NCBI GenBank assembly: GCA_964416585.1
Contig: CAYQFC010000001.1
Location: forward strand, 1-36,130
DNA: 36,130 nucleotides
Origin: an uncultured Aliarcobacter sp.
GTDB lineage: Bacteria; Campylobacterota; Campylobacteria; Campylobacterales; Arcobacteraceae
Direction: 5' to 3'
The translations under genes and the position numbers were made by a program. This document shows positions 29,706-36,130 of this stretch, in pieces. The notes beneath the pieces were generated by a model, which was not told the origin of the DNA, did not search any database, and saw nothing but the letters and a program-made list of their open reading frames with translations. The stretch's first letter is position 1. The number at the start of each line of letters is the position of its first letter.

Positions 29706-30376
29706 TTATAATTGGACATAAAGATGGAAGTATAGAAAAAGTATCATCTTCTAGGTTTACTCAGCAAACAAAAGGTTATAATACTCATACTGTTATTGGT
29801 GGTGAGTTTGCTGTTGGAAGAGATGATGATGATGTGGCATTTAAGACTCTTTTGGGATCATGTGTAGCTTTAATGTTTTATGATAAAGAGAAGAAAATTA
29901 AATCTATGAACCATTTTTTACTCCCAAAAACAGAAAATACTATTGATGATATGAAATATGGTCTTTATTCTGTTGAAGCCATGCTAAATGAGATGTACAA
30001 AATGGGTTGTAAGAAACAAAATATGGTTGCAAAAATTTCAGGTGGTGCTGATATTATGCAATTAAATCTTACAAATGTATCTATTGGGCAAAGAAATGTG
30101 GATTTTGCAAAAGAGTTTTGTAGATCTGAAGGGTTTAAAGTACTATCAGAACATACAAGAGGTGAGCATGGAAGATTAATTTTATTAGCTGAAGATTTTG
30201 ATACTTTTATTAAAGTTACTCAAAAATCAGATACTGATAATAAAATTCTTTCAGATGAGAAAAAATTACAAACAGAGATTACAAAAGCACCTGTTATTAA
30301 AGAGTATAGCGGAGCTGTTGAGATTTTTGGGAGTACAAAACAAGTTGAACCAGAGATGGAAATCGAACTTTTTTAA
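29702..30376 (+). CDS. cheD: Chemoreceptor glutamine deamidase CheD
   Basis: TLLGSCVA, NHFLLP, KISGGA and IGQRN motifs. Confidence 0.93.
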   Translation: MIIIGHKDGSIEKVSSSRFTQQTKGYNTHTVIGGEFAVGRDDDDVAFKTLLGSCVALMFYDKEKKIKSMNHFLLPKTENTIDDMKYGLYSVEAMLNEMYKMGCKKQNMVAKISGGADIMQLNLTNVSIGQRNVDFAKEFCRSEGFKVLSEHTRGEHGRLILLAEDFDTFIKVTQKSDTDNKILSDEKKLQTEITKAPVIKEYSGAVEIFGSTKQVEPEMEIELF

Positions 30377-30397
30377 ATATATATTTAGGGTTATATT

Positions 30398-31468
30398 ATG
30401 TATACGGTTTTAATTATTGATGATTCTGCTTCTATGAGAAGAGTTTTAAAAGATATGATAAGCTCTATCGATGAATTTGAAGTTATTGGTGTTGCAAATG
30501 ATGCATATGAAGCTAGAGAGAAGATAAAAGAGTTTGAGCCAGATTTAGTAACCATTGATATAAATATGCCAAAAATGGATGGAGTTACCTTCCTAAGAAA
30601 TCTTATGAGACTTCATCCTATGCCAGCTGTTGTAATATCTGGTGAAAGTGTAAGAGGAAATGATATTTTTGATGATGGTGCTGTTGGATTTATTCCTAAA
30701 CCTGAGATGGGCGAATCTATGTCATCTTTTAACGATAGAATTAAAGATACTCTTTTAAGCCTTACATTCTTACTAAAAAGATATACACTTAAAAAACCAA
30801 AACCTTTAAAACAAGCTCCTATTTCAATGAATGTAGATTATAAAGTTCATCCAGATGAAGTAATTCCTTTAAAAGCTGCTACTTTTGGTGGGCAAAAACT
30901 AATAGCTATTGGCTCATCTACAGGTGGAGTTGAATCTTTATTGAAAGTATTTAGGGAACTACCAGGTGATTTGCCACCAATATTAATAACACAACATATT
31001 CCATATGGTTTTTCAAACTCTTTTGCTCAAAGATTAAATGATAGCTCTGAAGTTGAAGTTTGTGAAGCAAAAGATGGTATGGTTTTACAAAGAGGTCATG
31101 CTTATTTGGCACCAGGGAATATGCATTTAACTATCGAAAAATATGCAAATGAATTAAAAACAAAACTTCTAGATACAAAAAAAGTAAGTCAGCACAAGCC
31201 TAGTGTTGATGTTCTTTTTAGGTCTGTAAATAACAGTGTTGGTGGAAGTGCTATGGCTGTTATGATGACTGGAATGGGAGATGATGGGACAATTGCAATG
31301 AAAGAGCTTTTTGATAATGGAGCATACACTATTGCACAAAATGAAGCTAGTTGTGTTGTTTTTGGAATGCCTATGAAAGCTATTGCTGCAGGAGCAGTTA
31401 AAGATATAGTTCATTTAGATGAAATTGCTTCTTATATTATAGATTTCTCAAAAGGGAAAAGAAAATAA
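30398..31468 (+). CDS. cheB: Chemotaxis methylesterase CheB (receiver plus esterase)
   Basis: Receiver DINMP; catalytic GSSTGG, QH and TGMGDDG; VVFGMP. Confidence 0.97.
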   Translation: MYTVLIIDDSASMRRVLKDMISSIDEFEVIGVANDAYEAREKIKEFEPDLVTIDINMPKMDGVTFLRNLMRLHPMPAVVISGESVRGNDIFDDGAVGFIPKPEMGESMSSFNDRIKDTLLSLTFLLKRYTLKKPKPLKQAPISMNVDYKVHPDEVIPLKAATFGGQKLIAIGSSTGGVESLLKVFRELPGDLPPILITQHIPYGFSNSFAQRLNDSSEVEVCEAKDGMVLQRGHAYLAPGNMHLTIEKYANELKTKLLDTKKVSQHKPSVDVLFRSVNNSVGGSAMAVMMTGMGDDGTIAMKELFDNGAYTIAQNEASCVVFGMPMKAIAAGAVKDIVHLDEIASYIIDFSKGKRK

Positions 31469-31490
31469 ATTTATTTATTTATATATTAAA

Positions 31491-31529
31491 ATAAAAAAAG
31501 GAAGAGTTTTTAACTCTTCCTTTTTTTAT
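31491..31529. terminator. Bidirectional intrinsic terminator between cheB and pckA
   Basis: ATAAAAAAAGGAAGAGTT-ttt-AACTCTTCCTTTTTTTAT perfect inverted repeat. Confidence 0.92.
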
Positions 31530-31549
31530 GGATAGATTAGACAAATAAA

Positions 31550-33130
31550 TTAGTCTAATCTAGGTCCAGCAGAAGTGAAGTCATATTCACTTTCAAGAGT
31601 AAGGTATTTTTTGAAATTTTCAATATACATCTCTGCTAATTTTCTTTTTGCTTTGTCATACTCTAAAGGATCGCTCCATGTATATCTAGGAGTTAATACA
31701 TGAGTATCTACCCCTTTTAGAGTTTTTGGAATTTGAAGATTAAATATAGTCATATTTTGGAATTCAGAATCATTTATAGAACCATCCAAAATAGCATTTA
31801 TACAAGCTCTTGTATTTTTAATACTCATTCTTTTTCCAACACCATAAGGACCACCTGTCCATCCTGTGTTTACTAAAAATACATTTACATTATGCTCATC
31901 TATTTTTTTACCTAAAAGTTCAGCATAAACAGTAGGATTTAGAGGTAAAAATGCCTCTCCAAAACATGAAGAGAATGTAGCCATTGGCTCATTTATTCCT
32001 CTTTCAGTTCCAGCAACTTTTGCTGTATACCCACTTAAGAAGTAGTACATAGCTTGTTGTTTATCAAGTTTTGCAACAGGTGGAAGAACTCCAAAAGCAT
32101 CAGCACATAAGAAGATAATATTTGTTGGATGCCCACCTCTCATAGTTGGAGCATGGTTTTCTATATGGTTTATTGAGTAAGAAACTCTAGTATTTTCAGT
32201 TTTTGATTTATCACTATAATCAACTACACCATTCTCATCTGCTACAACATTTTCTAAAATTGCACCTTTTCTAATGGCTCCAAAAATCTCAGGCTCACTA
32301 TCTGGGTCCAGGTTGATTACTTTTGCATAGCAACCACCTTCAAAATTAAATACACCTTTATCATCCCAACCATGCTCGTCATCACCAATTAAAGCTCTAT
32401 TTGGATCTGTTGAAAGAGTTGTTTTTCCAGTTCCACTTAAACCAAAGAATAGTGCAGTATCACCATCTTTTCCAATATTTGCAGAACAGTGCATTGGAAG
32501 TTTTCCTTCAAGTGGAAGCCAGTAGTTCATCATAGAGAACACACCTTTTTTCATCTCACCAGCATACCAAGTTCCACCAATAATGGCTTCATTATCTTCA
32601 ACATTGAAAATAACATAAACTTCAGAGTGTAAACCATGGCTTACATATGCCATATCAACAGTTTTACAAGCATTATAGATAGTAAATTCTGGTTTAAAAT
32701 TTTCTAATTCATCTTTTGTTGGCATTATAAACATATTTTGAATAAAATGTGCCTGCCAAGCAACTTCAGTAATAAATCTTACTGCTCTTCTTGAATCAAG
32801 AGAAGAACCACAAAAAACATCAGTTACAAAAATATCTTTATTGCTTAGTTGTTTTTTAGAATTTGCAAGTAAATCTACATAAACTTCTTTTGAAACTTTT
32901 CTGTTTATTTCACCCCAAGCGATATATTTGTTTGATGGATCTTGATTTACAAAGAATTTATCTTTTGGGCTTCTTCCTGTAAAAATACCTGTATCAATCA
33001 TCAATGCACCAGTAGAAGAAATTTTAGCTTTCTCATTTTTAACTGCAAAATCGATTAAAAAATCAATATCCGAATTTCTAAATACATTTCCAACGTTTTC
33101 TAAACCTAGCGAGTCTTTGATATTAGACAT
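31550..33130 (-). CDS. pckA: Phosphoenolpyruvate carboxykinase (ATP)
   Basis: [41 protein letters not shown] and NFEGGCYAK motifs. Confidence 0.98.
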   Translation of the reverse strand: MSNIKDSLGLENVGNVFRNSDIDFLIDFAVKNEKAKISSTGALMIDTGIFTGRSPKDKFFVNQDPSNKYIAWGEINRKVSKEVYVDLLANSKKQLSNKDIFVTDVFCGSSLDSRRAVRFITEVAWQAHFIQNMFIMPTKDELENFKPEFTIYNACKTVDMAYVSHGLHSEVYVIFNVEDNEAIIGGTWYAGEMKKGVFSMMNYWLPLEGKLPMHCSANIGKDGDTALFFGLSGTGKTTLSTDPNRALIGDDEHGWDDKGVFNFEGGCYAKVINLDPDSEPEIFGAIRKGAILENVVADENGVVDYSDKSKTENTRVSYSINHIENHAPTMRGGHPTNIIFLCADAFGVLPPVAKLDKQQAMYYFLSGYTAKVAGTERGINEPMATFSSCFGEAFLPLNPTVYAELLGKKIDEHNVNVFLVNTGWTGGPYGVGKRMSIKNTRACINAILDGSINDSEFQNMTIFNLQIPKTLKGVDTHVLTPRYTWSDPLEYDKAKRKLAEMYIENFKKYLTLESEYDFTSAGPRLD

Positions 33131-33268
33131 AATTTAAATTCCTATCCTAATTTTTAATGCGAAATTTTATCCAAAAATATATAAAACTTTCTGAAATATG
33201 AGTAATTTTAGTTATAAAAATCTAAATTTCTTGTTTTTCGCTTTTAATTTGAAACAAATAGCAAAAGA

Positions 33269-33364
33269 TTATAGTATTTTATCTCCCACAATATATATGA
33301 AATCATCTAGTCTTTTTAGGATAGTATAGATATTTATTTTTGTCTCTATTAATTTTTTTGACAT
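33269..33364 (-). CDS. Putative 31-aa small protein (not in ORF track)
   Basis: Manual translation: MSKKLIETKINIYTILKRLDDFIYIVGDKIL*. Strong SD AAAGGAG lies 5 nt upstream of the ATG; divergent from the S24 repressor. Confidence 0.55.
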   Translation of the reverse strand: MSKKLIETKINIYTILKRLDDFIYIVGDKIL

Positions 33365-33417
33365 ATTGTCTCCTTTTTTGAAAATTTATAAAATCTTACA
33401 ATATTTTTAAAATTTAC

Positions 33418-33446
33418 TTGAAAAATATTTCAAATTGTAATATAAT
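33418..33446 (+). promoter_or_regulatory. Sigma70 promoter of the S24 repressor gene, overlapped by palindromes
   Basis: TTGAAA-N17-TATAAT; palindrome TTGAAA-aata-TTTCAA at 33418-33433. Confidence 0.72.
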
Positions 33447-33475
33447 TCTAAAATACAATTCAAATAGGAGATAAA

Positions 33476-34132
33476 ATGTTTTCAGTTGATGAGATTATTA
33501 ATAAATTAAAAGATATTTTAAGTACAGATATTCAAGATAAAAAAATTTTTGATAAAGATGTTGCTGAATCTTTGGAGCTTTCTCAAGCAAATTTTGCAAC
33601 GATGAAAAATAGAGGAAAAATTCCATATACAAATATATTGAATTTTTGTGCAAAGAGAAAAATATCTATAAATTGGCTCTTGTATAATCAAAACCCAAAC
33701 TCTTTAATTGATAGTACTGATAGATATTGGATTAAATATTATCCTAGTGTTAGTGTTAGTGCTGGGGGTGGAGCATATGAAGATGAAGATAATTTTGAAA
33801 GTTTGGAGCTGCCTTTGTATTTTTTAAATATTATAGGTGGAAAAGAGAACATTAAAAATATTGAAGCTATAAATGTCGTTGGTGATTCGATGGAACCAAC
33901 ACTTAACTCAAATAATATAATTTTTATAGATAAAACAAAAAATGATTTAGCTAAAGATGGAGTATATGCTTTCACAACAAATCATGGTCTTTTTGTAAAA
34001 AGAATTCAAAAAAGAGTCGATGGGCTTTTGGATATTATTTCAGATAATAAAGATTATCCACTTCAGGTTTTAAATAAAAACGATATAAATATTTTAGGAA
34101 AAGTTATTAGTTCGTTTGGAAAGATTTATTAA
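33476..34132 (+). CDS. CI/LexA-like repressor: phage-CI-type HTH plus S24 autopeptidase
   Basis: HTH DKDVAESLELSQANFATMKNRGKIP...ISINWLL; cleavage site VSAG; catalytic Ser (GDSMEP) and Lys (FVKR); SD AGGAG. Confidence 0.9.
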   Translation: MFSVDEIINKLKDILSTDIQDKKIFDKDVAESLELSQANFATMKNRGKIPYTNILNFCAKRKISINWLLYNQNPNSLIDSTDRYWIKYYPSVSVSAGGGAYEDEDNFESLELPLYFLNIIGGKENIKNIEAINVVGDSMEPTLNSNNIIFIDKTKNDLAKDGVYAFTTNHGLFVKRIQKRVDGLLDIISDNKDYPLQVLNKNDINILGKVISSFGKIY

Positions 34133-35127
34133 AACAAAGTAGGGCTATTATGTGGTTTTTGAAGATATTCAAGAACCTCTTTATAGTTAAAATCTATCAT
34201 ATATACACAATTGAAATCTAAATTCAATAGTAAATTTTTTAAATTATTAAGATTTTTAAGTAAAATCTGCTCATCTTCTTTTAGATAGTTTACTTTGTTT
34301 TTTGCAATAAATATTGTTTTTGCATATTTAAACTCATTTTTTATATAATTTATCTCTTCTTTTACAAGCTCTAGGCTATTTTGACAAATAATAAAACTAC
34401 TACTTTTACCAAACTCTAACGGTTCAAAATTCTTATCAATAAAAATTGCTTTAAAATTTGAATAGTTTTTTAATTTAAAGGCATCGATATCTTTTTTTAA
34501 AAATTCATAAATATTTAAAAAATTATTTAAATATATTGTTGGTAGCTTTATCCTTGAGAAGTAGTTATCTTTGTATGAAAAACTAATCTCAAATAAAGTA
34601 TGTTTTACTAGATTTTGAATATTTTTTAAATATATATTTTTTTCAAACTCTTGGGAATTTGGGTAGATTTTATTGATAAGATTTTCATCTTTTGATATTA
34701 AAATATCGTCATCTTTTAACTCATCAATAAATTTAAAAGCTTTTTCTATATTTTTTGAAATTAGATATATATTTTCACCAAAATTATGTTGATAAATTTT
34801 AAATAGATCAAAAGTTGGAGTGCTACAAAAATATGATTTAAGCTTGATATTTGAAAGCTTAAATCTAAATATTTTTATCATAGCCATCTGAAGATTTTCT
34901 ACTTTTATAAAAGCGACTTCACTATCAAGAACTTCAAAATCTTTTTCAAAAATTATTGCATATGCTCCATTTTCTATGGCTATTTTTAAATCTTCAATAT
35001 TTTTTGCAATAAACAAATCAGAAGTTTTTACTCTGTTTGGATCGGTTTTTATACTATTTATAAAAGAGATAGATGGAGAGTTTAGAAGTTCTCCATCAAC
35101 AATATCTATTAAAGATGAGATTTTCAC
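34129..35127 (-). CDS. Conserved hypothetical protein with an N-terminus resembling the Mur-ligase N domain
   Basis: 332-aa ORF; N-terminal SIKTD...V..SDLFIA...AIENGAYAII; no Mur ATP loop seen. GTG start overlaps the metG stop (TAGTG). Confidence 0.7.
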   Translation of the reverse strand: MKISSLIDIVDGELLNSPSISFINSIKTDPNRVKTSDLFIAKNIEDLKIAIENGAYAIIFEKDFEVLDSEVAFIKVENLQMAMIKIFRFKLSNIKLKSYFCSTPTFDLFKIYQHNFGENIYLISKNIEKAFKFIDELKDDDILISKDENLINKIYPNSQEFEKNIYLKNIQNLVKHTLFEISFSYKDNYFSRIKLPTIYLNNFLNIYEFLKKDIDAFKLKNYSNFKAIFIDKNFEPLEFGKSSSFIICQNSLELVKEEINYIKNEFKYAKTIFIAKNKVNYLKEDEQILLKNLNNLKNLLLNLDFNCVYMIDFNYKEVLEYLQKPHNSPTLF

Positions 35128-36130
35128 TAGCTTATTTTTGTACCAATTTTTTTTGGTTTTTCTGGTCTTATTAGGCTTAATCCATCTTCATCTTTTGCAG
35201 CTAAAAGCATTCCTTCACTAATATATCCCATTAATTTTGCAGGTTTTAAGTTTGCTACAACACAAGCTTGAGTTCCTATTAGCTCATTTGCACTATAAAA
35301 CTCTCTTATTCCAGCTAAAATTTGTCTAGGACGATTTTCACCTAAATCAACTTTTAAAAGTAGAAGTTTGTTTGATTTTGGAATTTCAATAGCCTCTTTT
35401 ATAGTTCCAATTTTAATAGCTGTTTCAAAGAATTTATCTATAGTTATTAGGTTTAAACCATCGAGTTCTAAAGCTTCAAGCTCTTCAGGCTCTTTTTTTG
35501 CCTCATATTTTGGTTCATCTTTTTGTAAAACTGTAATATCAGAAACTTCAGGTTGAGCTAGTAAAATATCTTCAACTCTTGGAAATAGGGCATCTGTTTT
35601 TGTAATTTTTGTATCTTTTACAAGCTCTTTATTTGTGATTAAACTATGATAGTTTTGTGTTGAAATCTCTAGTCCTAAACAGTTTGCAATCTCTTTTATT
35701 TTGTGTGGCATTACACTATCAAGAAGTAGTGCAACCTTTGCCATAATATTTGTAATTAAAGCAACTAAAGCCATAGCTTCATCATTTTTACTATCTTTTA
35801 TTAAATTCCAAGGTTCATAATCATTTATAGCTTTATTTGCAATTGTTAAAATCTTCCAAATCTCTTCAAGGTATCTATTTATTTGCATATTATAAATGAA
35901 AGTTTCAAGAGTATCTATTATAGAGTGAACTTCATCTAGCTCTTTTTTATGGAACTTTTCTACATCTTTTGAGCTTACATTAAAATCAAAATATTTTCCA
36001 CTCATTCCCATAATTCTATTTAAAAGATTTCCTAAATCATTTCCTAAGTCAGAATTTATTCTATCTATTAAAGCTTTTTGTGAAAAATCTCCATCTTGAC
36101 CAAAAGGAACTTCTCTTAATAAAAAATATC
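35127..36130 (-). CDS. metG: Methionine--tRNA ligase, 3' part (anticodon-binding and C-terminal tRNA-binding domains)
   Basis: Frame is open to the window edge (YFLLREVPFGQDGDFS...RINSDLGNDLGNLLNR); LFPR and VANLKPAKLMG..SEGMLLAA motifs. Confidence 0.95.
   Translation of the reverse strand, partial: YFLLREVPFGQDGDFSQKALIDRINSDLGNDLGNLLNRIMGMSGKYFDFNVSSKDVEKFHKKELDEVHSIIDTLETFIYNMQINRYLEEIWKILTIANKAINDYEPWNLIKDSKNDEAMALVALITNIMAKVALLLDSVMPHKIKEIANCLGLEISTQNYHSLITNKELVKDTKITKTDALFPRVEDILLAQPEVSDITVLQKDEPKYEAKKEPEELEALELDGLNLITIDKFFETAIKIGTIKEAIEIPKSNKLLLLKVDLGENRPRQILAGIREFYSANELIGTQACVVANLKPAKLMGYISEGMLLAAKDEDGLSLIRPEKPKKIGTKIS

Noticed and set aside
33131-35127. Prophage or mobile element around the CI-like gene
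   Set aside because: No integrase, att-like repeats, tRNA or phage genes were seen; the flanks are housekeeping genes.

Overview
AT-rich chromosomal segment of a Campylobacterota bacterium, most likely Arcobacteraceae (inferred from gene order, protein sequences and the CheD/CheR/CheB-containing che cluster). It is mostly core genome: class III ribonucleotide reductase (nrdD 3' part, an uncalled 54-aa glycyl-radical peptide gene, nrdG), cbpA-hspR with a HAIR operator, a receiver-CheC-PAS kinase trio, an MnmC-like FAD oxidoreductase, cytochrome c553 with an FNR-type box, an HMA protein, mdh, icd, mltG overlapping a divergent AsmA/YhdP-like gene, argC, hpf, der, hemD, 6S RNA, purD-RDD-lptD-PRTase-pnp, cheY-cheA-cheR-cheD-cheB, pckA, an orphan CI/LexA-like S24 repressor facing an uncalled 31-aa ORF, a hypothetical gene and the 3' part of metG. 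No transposase, prophage structural gene, CRISPR array, tRNA or rRNA was seen. The best leads are the split NrdD, the orphan CI-like switch with its small ORF and operator-like palindromes, the FGFF acidic repeats in CheA, and the receiver-CheC-kinase module.
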